Positions 26,562 to 37,547 of a stretch of DNA of 64,000 nt are shown here, piece after piece (positions within the stretch are counted from its first letter, which is position 1; each line of letters begins with the position of its first letter). A model generated the notes under the pieces. The model ran no database searches and had not been told where the DNA came from. It worked only from the letters and a program-made list of their open reading frames with translations. Both the position numbers and the translations under genes were made by a program. Origin of the DNA: Basidiobolus meristosporus CBS 931.73 (taxonomy: Eukaryota > Fungi > Basidiobolomycota); the NCBI GenBank assembly GCA_002104905.1, contig MCFE01000023.1, positions 168,615 through 232,614 of the forward strand. The letters run 5' to 3'.

Positions 26562-27452
26562 ATGGAAAACACCCCAAGGAAAAACGCAGATCGCAGAAAC
26601 AGGAGGAGAAATAGAAAAGGTGGAAGTACCCAGGAAGGGAGTGGTCGTTCCAGTGTCGTACAGTCGGAAGAGTCCCAGACTCCGTCCATAATCGACGACA
26701 GTCACTTGCAGGATAAATTAAAGAAACTCGCAGTGGGCGAGCCCCCTTCTCCTGTCGCTGGAGTGACAACACACACTGTATTTGTAAATTACTCCTCGAA
26801 TACGCCAGCAAAACAAGCCGTGGCCGCAGCGACCACCCTAGAGAATAAGACACAGCGAGCCAAGGATCCTTTTCAGTCGAAGTTTCTCACTGGGCCAGTC
26901 AATCGGCGTAACCGATCTCTCTCCCCAAGCAAAACTACGCTGAATGTGTTTGCCTCTGCTGTTCAGCCAGCCAACGCCCTTTTACTAAACAACCCAAGCT
27001 CGGAGAATCAGTCTTTGCCACCAGCACTTGCCACCACCGACGATGGCCAGGTACGCAGGTCAAGCAGCGCAGATAAGGAAGACTCCACCCCACCACGTAA
27101 TGCTAAACAAACACCTAACCTAAGCCGCACACAGCACAAGCTAATGGTCCAGCGCCAGCACTTCCTCGCCGAGGACGAGAAATCCTTGCTTCACCCCAAA
27201 AACCAAATTCGACTCACCCGCGAGATGGAGCGCATCAACCGGGAGTACGCGAGCTTGAAATTGTTTGAAGATCCCCTCACGGACTCGTTATCCCGGACCA
27301 TGGAGCGCAAGCGTCGCGAGGTTGTTGGCAGTTTGCACCACTCTGCTCTTACGAGGACCGGTGCACCCAACAATGGGTTGGACAACAAGCCACTTACACA
27401 TCGGTCCAACACCGCATCCATAGCAGTGTCCCGTTTCCTGGCCCAGGATTGA
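26562..27452 (+). CDS. Disordered protein with C-terminal Tco89-like domain (TORC1 subunit)
   Basis: LSRTQHKLMVQRQ...TREMERINREYASLKLFEDPLTDSLSR matches the remembered TCO89 pattern SRTQQKL.LQR..EFERI..EY. Confidence 0.6.
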   Translation: MENTPRKNADRRNRRRNRKGGSTQEGSGRSSVVQSEESQTPSIIDDSHLQDKLKKLAVGEPPSPVAGVTTHTVFVNYSSNTPAKQAVAAATTLENKTQRAKDPFQSKFLTGPVNRRNRSLSPSKTTLNVFASAVQPANALLLNNPSSENQSLPPALATTDDGQVRRSSSADKEDSTPPRNAKQTPNLSRTQHKLMVQRQHFLAEDEKSLLHPKNQIRLTREMERINREYASLKLFEDPLTDSLSRTMERKRREVVGSLHHSALTRTGAPNNGLDNKPLTHRSNTASIAVSRFLAQD

Positions 27453-27836
27453 CCGGTAGTTCATGGCAAATGTTTTGGTTTACCCGCTTGTAAAATACAA
27501 ATAGAACCTGGCCAGAGTTGATACGTTGGGCCTGGCTTACGAATATGACATTGACCCTCGTAGCTATCTTTGAGCGACATTACGCCCACAACCTTCAGGG
27601 TTCTAAATAAAATCAGGGGAAGTTGATTGCGAGATTCGGAATTCAAGTTGGAACCGATGGACATGTATTTGATTTGCTTTGATGTTATCATGATTCAGTT
27701 ACAGTGTGCATGTAACCCAGTAATTAGTCATGTAACGATCTTGCAGACACGTGGAACATTACTAATATCTATCGTTATCGCCTGCGGAGAAGCCCTATTT
27801 TCATTCTTAGATTGTAGAGTTCCTTGAACACTTCCC

Positions 27837-28163
27837 ATGGGCGGAGCACATTCCAAGTCCAAGCGGGATTCCATTCATTCCACCAGCAGTCAACGTACCT
27901 CCTCCTCACAGCGTCCACGACAGAAGCGACTGGTCAAGAAATACAAGTCCCACAGCGGAGCCAGCTACCAGCGTCAGCTGAACTCCGAGGGATTTGAAGA
28001 AGCAGGGGCGGGAGATCTTGAACTTATCAAGGGACCAAACGCCAGTCAAACCAAGACTAAGCCCTCGGTGATGAAACTGTTTCAAAGGAATTCCGTTACT
28101 GACCACACACCGCCAAATACCGCCAACCTTGGACACGTCGCATACAACTCGCCCTCCAATTAA
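27837..28163 (+). CDS. Small basic protein with N-myristoylation motif
   Basis: 108-aa ORF starting MGGAHSK (MGxxxSK); AATAAA downstream. Confidence 0.6.
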   Translation: MGGAHSKSKRDSIHSTSSQRTSSSQRPRQKRLVKKYKSHSGASYQRQLNSEGFEEAGAGDLELIKGPNASQTKTKPSVMKLFQRNSVTDHTPPNTANLGHVAYNSPSN

Positions 28164-28480
28164 GAAGCTCAGCCCTTTCCGAAATGGACCGACTTGTTCA
28201 GAATATCAACTACTCTTCACTTGAACACCGTCTACTTCTGGTACACTCTGTATAAACTCCACGAATAATCGACTTCACAATGGACTGATGATCTCTGGTA
28301 GCTCAAACACACCCTCGACTCCAGCACTTCTACTGCGAATGAAAACATCGAAACAGAATAAATTTTTGATGATTTATATTCTCCTTTGTATTGATTCATC
28401 TCCCCAGTGGCGCGTAAAGTGCGGTAATGAAGGGAAAAATGTACAACTCTTTAGATGAGAGAAAACCCATATGATTAGAT

Positions 28481-29065
28481 TTATTGTTCCATAGCATCGG
28501 AAGCCTTTGAACGATCCTTGCGTTCAAGAAGAGCCTTACGATCCTTGTCGAGCTTCAACTTGGCGAGGACGACCTTGGAGGGGTGAACACCGATGGCGGT
28601 GGCGGCTCCGTTGACTTTTTCACGAGTAAGACGCTCAATGTGGATGACCCACTTCTTACGGTAGACTTGAACAATCTTGCCTTCACGACCCTTGTAGGTA
28701 CCACGAACAACAAGCACTTCATCGTCTTTGCGAACAGGAAGGGAACGAGCCTTTTGGAGAACAAAGGGGATGTTTAGTCGCACTGACATACGGCAAGGTC
28801 TTGTAGGCTCTTACATTGTACTTCTCTCTCAATTCCTTGGAGAGAGGGGCGCTCATGATCTTTCTGCGGATGCTAGAAGGAGCAGCGAAGTGAGCCTTAC
28901 GGCACTTGCGGCGGGAAGAAGTAACGTCTATAGATTGATCCAGGTGAGTATGCGCTCCTCATGTTACGATACCATGCCAGCGTATGCTAATGCCGTCTGC
29001 CACTATCGGGCACATGAATATCTTGGATGGATGGAATGGATTCGCGTACCTTGACTGAACTTCAT
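28481..29065 (-). CDS. RPL26: 60S ribosomal protein L26 (uL24), 3 exons
   Basis: MKFSQ|[14 protein letters not shown]..|[32 protein letters not shown]. Confidence 0.96.
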
Positions 29066-30179
29066 GATCCTTATCAAAAAAAAGGGAGAAAGAAGGTTTC
29101 CCACCCGTCGATAGGCACTACAAAAGCGAGGCCATCATCAAGATCACATGATGCGGTGGTTGGCGAACTATAGTCCCCTTGATCACCATGGATCTCACAG
29201 AATTATAGTTCACCGCAGTTCAAGCGTAGTTCCTGTTTTGTGAATTTCGCAAGCGGACCACCCCTCGATGTATAGGCCGATGAAATTGATCGACTCATCG
29301 ACCGAATAATCAATCATCGCCCCACATGGACCAATAGGTTTGTGTGTCATGGGTGAGGTTGTTTGCAGGCGATTTGGTTGAAAGTCAGGCTGCATCTTGG
29401 TGGCAGAGTGAGAAATCGGAATCGGTTCTCATTCAGGGAGGCTTCTGGAAATGCTCGAGGAATTTATCCACATTACGGAGCCCGATTCTAGAAGATTTCC
29501 TTATTCGATTCGATGGTTACATTGTGCACCCGAACACTCCAATGTGCATGTTCTAGAAATTGACCGTAACATTACCAGTGGAAACGTCAGCCCTATATGA
29601 CTCCTTTCGTTCACCCCGAGTGGATGAATTTCATGGTGAGGCTCCAACCATGCATTGGTCGGAAATCATCCAGCATTCTTGGCCGTGCAAGAAATCCCCA
29701 GGTGTGGTGTGAGCTGCGACGCCGTGGTGCCAATTCGCCACCAAGGATTCTCCAAACACACATTCAAATCCATCGAAAACCTGTGTCGTAAAGAAGGGGA
29801 TTCAATTGTCCCTTCCAGAACATTTCCTTATTGGGGTGTCGGTGGGTGAGTCTCATTGGGTTCATGGGATTACTTGCATGAAACCCATATGCCTAAGAGA
29901 CTACATATAAAGTAGCATGCATTAAATGCCAGAAAACCCTTCTAGAATCCGTGGGGATGACCAGATAAATGAAATAAGAAAGTAAAGTGGCAGTTGGGTA
30001 ATAAGGGCGCTAATTTTGGACATCCGGTCCGCCAGTCCTCATTGGGTAAATCAAAATTTTAGTGTGATACTGTGGGACAGAGCCAAAGGTATAAAGCAAC
30101 ACCACCACCTCCGAAAAGCTCAGCTGGTATTCCATTCTACCAACTTCCTCTACCCTTTCTTCACACCACCTGTCTAACC

Positions 30180-31292
30180 ATGAAGATTTCTTCCGCCCTG
30201 ATAACCTCGTTTTTAGCGTTCCTGGCATCGAATGTTCGCGCTCAGGACCATTCAGGCCATGGAGGCATGACCCCTAGTAATGATACATCCATCCCTATGA
30301 GCAACGCGTGCTACACAGACCCTTCAAACGCAAACTGTGCCGATTTCCAGATGGATGCTGCCACTCTTAACGCCAGTATCCAAAGCCTCTGTAATGCGAT
30401 GCCATATATGCCAGGTTGTAGCGTAAACAATTTGTGCAATGCCACAACCACCTACAGCTCCAAGCCCTGGTGTAGCAAGATGTCCATCGTCGCGGATGTT
30501 TGCCAGACCGATATGCCGAAGATGTCTGGATGTAAGGCGTGGGTCTCATTGTGCGGGAACAGCACCTCTGTCGTCAAACAATGCAAAAGCGAACCCGAAA
30601 TCCCGAACATCCCTACCACTGCTGAAGCCTCTGGCTTTATCACCAGTATCTGTACGGAAATGAACATGCCTGGCTGCGAGAAGTGCAAATCCTCCTCAGG
30701 AATGTCCAAGAGACAGATGGACATGTCCGGTTCCCAGACATGCGATTATCTCTCTGTATACTCGGATCTTTGTAAATCCATGCCCAACATGAGCCAATGC
30801 CAAAAGTGGTCATCCATGTGCACCGCTACCAAGGATCTCCCTTATTGCACGGCCGGTTCTACCAGTGATGGTGAGCCAGCACCTTCCATGATCATGTACT
30901 TCCACACCGGGATCCACGAGTATATTTTATTTAAGAACTGGATCCCTAAAACCAGTGGTCAGATGGCTGGTGCCTGGTTTGCCATTTTCTTCATTGGGGT
31001 ATTTTACGAAGGATTCGGTGTATTCCGTGGCAACCTCGAAGCCAACTGGGCTGCCACCAACCAACCATGCACTTCCCTGTCCTTGGGCAGTTTTACCGCC
31101 AGTTTACCCCGGGATTGTGTGCGATTGGTGATGAGGTTCATCGATGCTACCATTGGTTACTCGCTCATGTTGGTTACCATGACCTTCAATGTCGCGCTCT
31201 TCTTTGCCGTGATCACTGGCTTGGCATTTGGAACCTTCTTGTTCGCCAAGTTCCGTGCTGCATCCTCCGAACCCAAGTCCGGCTGTCACTAA
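30180..31292 (+). CDS. Ctr-family copper transporter with signal peptide and large Cys/Met-rich ectodomain
   Basis: MIMYFHTG, three TMs with MLVTM (MxxxM) and GLAFG (GxxxG); 18 Cys and four C-x2/3-M-(P)-x-M-x2-C motifs N-terminally. Confidence 0.9.
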   Translation: MKISSALITSFLAFLASNVRAQDHSGHGGMTPSNDTSIPMSNACYTDPSNANCADFQMDAATLNASIQSLCNAMPYMPGCSVNNLCNATTTYSSKPWCSKMSIVADVCQTDMPKMSGCKAWVSLCGNSTSVVKQCKSEPEIPNIPTTAEASGFITSICTEMNMPGCEKCKSSSGMSKRQMDMSGSQTCDYLSVYSDLCKSMPNMSQCQKWSSMCTATKDLPYCTAGSTSDGEPAPSMIMYFHTGIHEYILFKNWIPKTSGQMAGAWFAIFFIGVFYEGFGVFRGNLEANWAATNQPCTSLSLGSFTASLPRDCVRLVMRFIDATIGYSLMLVTMTFNVALFFAVITGLAFGTFLFAKFRAASSEPKSGCH

Positions 31293-31685
31293 ACCCTTCA
31301 TAGCACTAGATATCCCTGCATAATATAATCCATCTACCCGGTGTAATCCATGTGTCAAATAAGAACTAAATCACTGTTGTCTATAAACTTATTACTTGAA
31401 AATATTTCCCCAATCTCTCGACCAGTGTACACACCAGAACGGAGACAGATCGTTGGTCCAATATCAAGGTTTAATTCATGGTTCACCTACCCCGCTGACG
31501 TGTGTTGTGTCTGGGTAATTGCAAACGCATTCGTGCTACAAGCAGTAATCAAGTAATAGCGGGGTTACCAACCAATGAGAATGGACCTGCTTATGTGAGT
31601 TAGGGGCAAAGGAGATGGAGGCTTGGCTAGTGAATAAAGGTTTAACCAGCAGATGGGCTTCTATATCCAAAGCTGAAATACCACA

Positions 31686-32753
31686 ATGAACATGTTTCTT
31701 TGGAGCTGGGTATTCTACTACTCTTGGCTGCAGATTCAAGGTATTACTTTCGGGCCAACCTGGCTGTATTGTATCTGAGGGAATGACGTGTATTCTCTAC
31801 TTGGTTGTTACTGTTTACTGCCACTAACTCTGGTCAGAAGCTCGTTTGGTATCTTTAGATCCTAAGTTGATACCAAGTATCGAAGTCCCCGGCACCTACG
31901 TTTACAGACATTTCTATTCTTGGGACTATCCCTCCAGATTCAACATCACCTATCTGAGCTGTGTGGTAACCCTTTGGTTTACATACTTCTTACTCCACGG
32001 CTATCGAGAGCTAACCTGCTCAACCCAGATAATCGACCCAGAGATAAAGGAATGGCTGTCGGCTTCTGATTTACAAGAGCAGCTGGCCCCGGAGTTCGAT
32101 AAAGAAAATGAAAGGGTTTGGAGGGAAAATTCAAATATTTATTCAAAGCTATGCGAACAGCAGGATCCTTACGAGGTACAGGAGATTGAGGAGACACCCA
32201 AAGTGTATATTCGGTGGGTAAACTCCCTTGTAGGGTGGGGATTGTTCGCCGAGGAGGCGATTCCACAAAATACCACGATAGGCATCTACACCGGTAGTCC
32301 AAACAGTCTACTACGATATGTCTGATGTGTAAATGGTCAAACTAACCCCCATCCAATCAAGGTATCCTTTCCAACAAGACAACCAACTTTGACTATTCCT
32401 GGGAGTACAATGCTTACACCCAAGTATACGACAAAGATAATGAGCCGGTTTATATAGCCATAGATGGAATGGTGGCAGGGAATCATCTCAGGTTCGTCAA
32501 CCACAACGAAGGTACGCCAGCTGTCTTCTCATTGACACATCCTTACTTGGGTGCTAACTACTTCTCAGAATCCAAAAATGTGTTCCCTCTTTATGCACTA
32601 CACGATGGCATGTGGTGGATATTCTATGTGGCTACCGAATCTATAGAGATAAACCAGCAGCTGCTGACTGATTACGGAAAAGCATACTGGGAGTCCGAGG
32701 AGGATGAGATCGAGGACGAAGCCACGTCGGAAAGCATAAAACGTTCAGAATAA
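31686..32753 (+). CDS. Stand-alone SET-domain protein, probable signal peptide (inferred 5 exons)
   Basis: VGWGLFAEEAIP..TIGIYTG, GNHLRFVNH, LLTDYGKAYW; exon 1 MNMFLWSWVFYYSWLQIQ joins in frame via intron 31741-31836. Confidence 0.75.
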
Positions 32754-32789
32754 AGCACCCAGAGCTTATGTACTTTTTATGTAGAGGAT

Positions 32790-33190
32790 CTCACCCAACA
32801 GTCTGCTCCAATATACTTGTCTGATCAATCAAAACCTATTTCAGTGTGAAGGGTAGTGGTATGCTTGTTATGTACAGATATGAGCTCCTCTTGTTTGAAT
32901 CCACCTTGAATTTGGCGGAGCATCTATACGAGCGTGAACTACTAGTCCGTAACGCTGTCAAGACGTTCCATGAGGTGGAAAGAACGGAGGCCGAGAGGTT
33001 TCTCCTGAGGAACTTTGTGCGTGTTGGCGTGTTGGAATCTACCAAAAGTCGGCTTTAAAGGACGGGAAGTCAGGGGGTCGTTGCTTTTCATTGCTCTGAC
33101 TTGATTCCGTGTAGGCAGTGCTATATTGCAACTCCCGCTATGGATCCTCCTTGGAACCTATCTTTGAAGCAGCTAAGGACAATGTCTTTT
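32790..33190 (+). pseudogene. Decayed, internally deleted tandem copy of the downstream EF-hand/ZZ gene
   Basis: 32790-33040 aligns by eye to 33390-33630 and 33055-33190 to 34117-34255, with frameshifts and roughly 0.5 kb missing. Confidence 0.8.
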
Positions 33191-33476
33191 GTTTCAGTTA
33201 AAATAAACGCATCCTATGTCAAGTTCCAACCGCAAAGCCTAGTTGACATATGTTAACTTGGATGGCATACCCTCAAGCTTTAAATCTACGGATCAATGTA
33301 CTGTTCATGTAGAGGCCAACAGAAAAATAGTGGCTTATCCAGTAGAGGGTGTTGGCATTGCATGGTGATTCATCAGGTGAGGTGAAAAACCGCACCCAAT
33401 AGCATGCCCCAACATACGTGGGATATCTGGATCAACAATAACTCATCCCAGTGTGGAGGGTAATTGATTCCTTGAA

Positions 33477-34533
33477 ATGAGCACACTTGACTCCACATTG
33501 GATTTGGCGGGGCGTCTATACGAGCATGAACTACTAGTCCGTAACGCAGTCGAGGCGTTCCACGAGGTGGACAAGAATGGAGACCGGGAGGTTTCTCCGG
33601 AGGAACTTCGTGCGTGGTGGAGTCTGCCGAAAACCGTCTTTGATGACCTGTGGGAGCGTGTGGACAAGAACAAGTCCGGTAGTTTGAGTTGTATGGAGTT
33701 CGTGGAGCTATACCAATTCTACAACAACTGGTGCCAGGGCTATTGTTCTCAGTGCGAGAAGCTTCTGCTCAATTCTGACAAATCTGCTCGCCGAGGCTCT
33801 CAGGATGAAATATTATGTTCCCACTGTTTTGAGCAGGTGTCTGACCCCACCGAGTACAGCGTGTATGAAGCCGCCCAACCTGCCTTCGGGAACCTACTCT
33901 CAGCTGAGATTGGTAAAGAGTTTGAGAGACTGGATGTGGACAAGGATGGCTCGGTCACCTTGAAAGAGCTGGAGGATACATACTCTTCAGACTACGTAGA
34001 CTGGTATTTCAATAACTTCGATGGGGACAACAATCAGCTCTTAAATGAGAAGGAGTTTGGATACGGCTTGATCTACTTGAAAATAGCCACTGGCTGTGAC
34101 TCTTGCCACAAGTTGGTTCTGAAGGACGGGAAGTCAGGGTACGAATGCTCACATTGCTCTGACTTGATTCTGTGTAAGCAGTGTTATACTGCAACCTCCG
34201 TCACGGATCATCCTTGCAATTTGCCTCTAGAACCACTGAGGACGACATCTTTTGCGGATCTCGGTTTAGGGGTTACTCAGGAGGGTGTTGATGTTGAGGA
34301 GCCTGAGGTCTACAACGCATACCACCCATTCCTCAAGGAGCTTGGACTAATTGAGGTAAGGAAATGTCCACGTTGGCCATAGCACTACCACTAACCACCC
34401 ACATTTGTGCCTGCTCAATGTATGCTAGGATGCCCCAAAGAAATTCGACCTGGATGCGTTCTTCACCAAAACCAATAACCCCGATTATTCCAAAAGCTGG
34501 GAGGAGGTTGCTAGTTTCTTGACACCCATTTGA
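33477..34533 (+). CDS. EF-hand / ZZ-like zinc finger tandem-module protein (2 exons)
   Basis: EF loops DKNGDREVSPEE, DKNKSGSLSCME, DVDKDGSVTLKE, DGDNNQLLNEKE; Cys clusters CSQC..CSHC and CDSC..CSHC..CKQC..H. Confidence 0.8.
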
Positions 34534-34947
34534 ATGGCCTCCCCCAATGTGGAAGCGATAGGTAGCGCATCTCGACCTAATAATGCTTTACTTTCTTAAT
34601 GCCCCGACCGCCAAGCCAGACAAGAAAATAAAGGATAACCTGAACAATATTGGTAGAGCTGCACACAGTATGGCATTTCGTTGCACTCCCTCACGTATTA
34701 ATTCCATGGATCAATCATGATTTTACTGCCTGAACCACAATGAGCTTGGTAATGAGCATGGCTGTCAGATTCGAGTTGGGTTCTTTTGGTCAAACCAGGG
34801 GAACATGTTGGAAAAAGTGAATCCAGCAGGATCCGAACGATCATTCATGGGTGGATCATCGCTATCCCGAGATCATTCAATAAACAAAAAAAATACGTAA
34901 CAAAACCAAGTGATGCCCGCAAAGTAGCCTTTTACTAAAGCCTCAGA

Positions 34948-35683
34948 ATGGGAAAGAAAGGGAATTCCGGTGGAGGAAAAGCTAAAGGAAGCAAAGGTAT
35001 TTCCAGTATCACTCTGCACATAGAGTCCTGGACGCCTTTCTTAGGCCGCTGACCGTTCGTTTACCAAAGGTGATGCTGGTGAAGGTGGTGCGAAGGGGGG
35101 AAAGCTGAAGGCAGCCAACGCCATCAAAGTCCGTCACATCTTATGCGAGAAACACTCGAAGGTTTGAAGGCACCCGACTTTGTTGGCTCCGCCGAACCTA
35201 TCACTAACGCGTTGTCACCCGATCTCTTTCAGTGCATGGAGGCTTTGGCTAAGATCACTCAAGAGAACCAGCGATTTGACAAGGTAAGTGAGGCAGGTTT
35301 ATGGCTTTCAGACACGCAATTAAAGTAGCCCTTAATTTGACGGTGTGTAGGTTGCCGAGGTGTACTCTGAAGGTAAGGCGTATATGAGCTACCTGGGGCT
35401 GAAATTCGTTTACTGAATAAGCGCCTATTTTTCATGGAACAATAGACAAAGCTAAGGCTGGAGGTAAACGCGTTTTTTACATGCGAATTCAACCGAACAG
35501 TTTGTTGACTTGGGGTAATCTTTAGGATCCCTTGGCTGGATGAACCGTGGCTCCATGGTTGGTGCTTTCCAAGACGCAGCTTTTGCGCTACAGCCTAGTA
35601 CTTGCGACAGCCCCATTATTACCAATCCACCCATTAAGACCCAGCACGGATATCATATTATCATGGTCGAGGATCGTAAGTAA
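34948..35683 (+). CDS. PIN4: Parvulin-type peptidyl-prolyl isomerase Par14/PIN4 (6 short exons)
   Basis: [19 protein letters not shown]|DKAKAG|[35 protein letters not shown]. Confidence 0.92.
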
Positions 35684-35814
35684 GCACCCAGCAAGTACTA
35701 GTTCTTGAATAAATTGTAAGAAATCAATTACATGGTGGCTTTATTAGTAATTAGCCAAGTTACGATGAAGGTCAAGGCATACACATATATATCTACACAG
35801 TTGGCTCAAGTATA

Positions 35815-36228
35815 TTAGCGCTTTTCTTTCATGGTTGCCGGATTCATCACTGCAGCTTCATAAGAGGGGGGCAGTTCGTTTGGAATTTTTGCTTGATGCT
35901 TCGCAATAGGCAGAGACTCCGATTGCTCCCGAGGCATAGAGGCGAGTGGTGGAGGTAGTTGAGAGTTACTGGGAGTTTGGTTGGATGATTCAAAGGGACA
36001 GCGCAAGAATTGACATTGGGGGAATTTCTTCTGGAGTTTGAGGGATTTCTTGGCCAATTTCCTCTGGATTTTGTGAGATCTTTTGGCCAATCTTTTCTGT
36101 ATTTTAATGGATCTTTGGGTTAATCTGGACTTCAGTCTCTGTAGTTTGGATCCAGGTTGATTGCCTTTACAAGCTTTTACGGCAACGGCTGAGCCTAGCA
36201 CAACAGCGGCGATGATGAATAAGAACAT
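35815..36228 (-). CDS. Hypothetical protein: N-terminal hydrophobic anchor, basic 11-aa repeats, PPSY motif
   Basis: MFLFIIAAVVLGSAVAV; SIKIQKRLAKR/SHKIQRKLAKK/SLKLQKK; ELPPSYEAAV. Confidence 0.65.
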   Translation of the reverse strand: MFLFIIAAVVLGSAVAVKACKGNQPGSKLQRLKSRLTQRSIKIQKRLAKRSHKIQRKLAKKSLKLQKKFPQCQFLRCPFESSNQTPSNSQLPPPLASMPREQSESLPIAKHQAKIPNELPPSYEAAVMNPATMKEKR

Positions 36229-36548
36229 GTGCCAAAGGAAGATTGAGAGTGATAGGGGTTGGACTCGAGATTTCGTCGGCTTTTTGTACTTCAAGTCTAT
36301 GCAAGCGGCTCTTAGCTGAGACAGAACGATTATTGGTGGACTGCAGGCAGCGGCCATATTTGTGTGAATAACTCTTGGCAAATTCAGCCTGAGATATGCC
36401 TGATTCACATCAAGCGATAGGGTTGAAAATTGGAAACGATCAAATCAAGCTTGTCTAAAATATCAATGGAAAATTCATCCTGAAAGCACCAAGAAGCCTT
36501 CTTCGCATATATTGTCCCAATTTGAACTGCGGAAGTAGGTTGCCAGCA

Positions 36549-37086
36549 ATGCCACCCAAAAACCTCACCCCTTACCAATTCAGTAAAAATCTGTCGTATG
36601 TTCAAGACACGCCCAAATTCCTTCAGATGTTAACCGGTAAGGATACCCTACATCCTAAAGGACAGCAACTTGAGGATAAACTACCGCCCACTGAGCTGGA
36701 AGAGGACGAGTACGAGGAAACGGGCGAGGAGAAGCCACAGATTGTCGTGTTGAAGGAAGGAAAGCACCTATCGGCCGAGGAGGTGGAGAAAATCCAACAA
36801 GACAATGGTAAGTGATAAACAAGTCCAGACCTGCTCTCCCTCAGATACCCAAGATGTTAACTATTGCATGAAAGATGCCACCAGTTCACCTGAGGATGGC
36901 AAGATAAGATTTCGCAAGCCAAAGAAAACTCAGCAGAAAATCGAGGAGATCGGAGTGAGCTCGTCTAAGCGCAAACAACCCTCGAAAGAGGCTTCCTCAG
37001 CCGACACAACCTCGACGACCAAGGGGAAAAAGAAAAAAATGAAATCCAACAAAAATTTGTTGTCGTTTGCCGAGGAAGAAGAATGA
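36549..37086 (+). CDS. DUF4604/KIAA1143-like small protein (2 exons)
   Basis: LSYVQDTPKFLQ, EEKPQIVVLKEGKHLSAEEV, IRFRKPKK, NLLSFAEEEE*. Confidence 0.8.
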
Positions 37087-37547
37087 GAGCAACTTTTATG
37101 AACAGGTGAACTGATGTCAGCCAAGTTGGTATATAGCTCAGAAAAAATGGACATTCCATCGTTGATCCGTGTTTGATCGGTTTCCTTTGTACAATACTTT
37201 ACATACATAATAGATGTGGACAAGAGCCTCAACATTCGACATTTAGTTTGAAGGTCAACCGGTTTAACGGAAAATAAAGTAGAGCAACCACAGGAACACA
37301 TGTTTTGACATTTATTGCTCTAAATAGATGGAGAAATAATCACAAGAAAAGACTGCGTTTACTCGGTTCACTGAATATTCCAATTTGGAAACTATACATA
37401 AGAACATGGATGATCAGAGTACTGGCTTTCATTTCAACTATCGATACAATGGAGGGCGATTTTCAAGGACAGAGGGCGTTGACCTGTTGAAGACCGTGGT
37501 TGGTAATCAATCAGGGAATCTAGGCCACGAAGTTATGCTACTCTACC

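Noticed and set aside
28928-29050. Intronic snoRNA in the 122-nt RPL26 intron
   Set aside because: No RUGAUGA/CUGA pair or clear H/ACA architecture.
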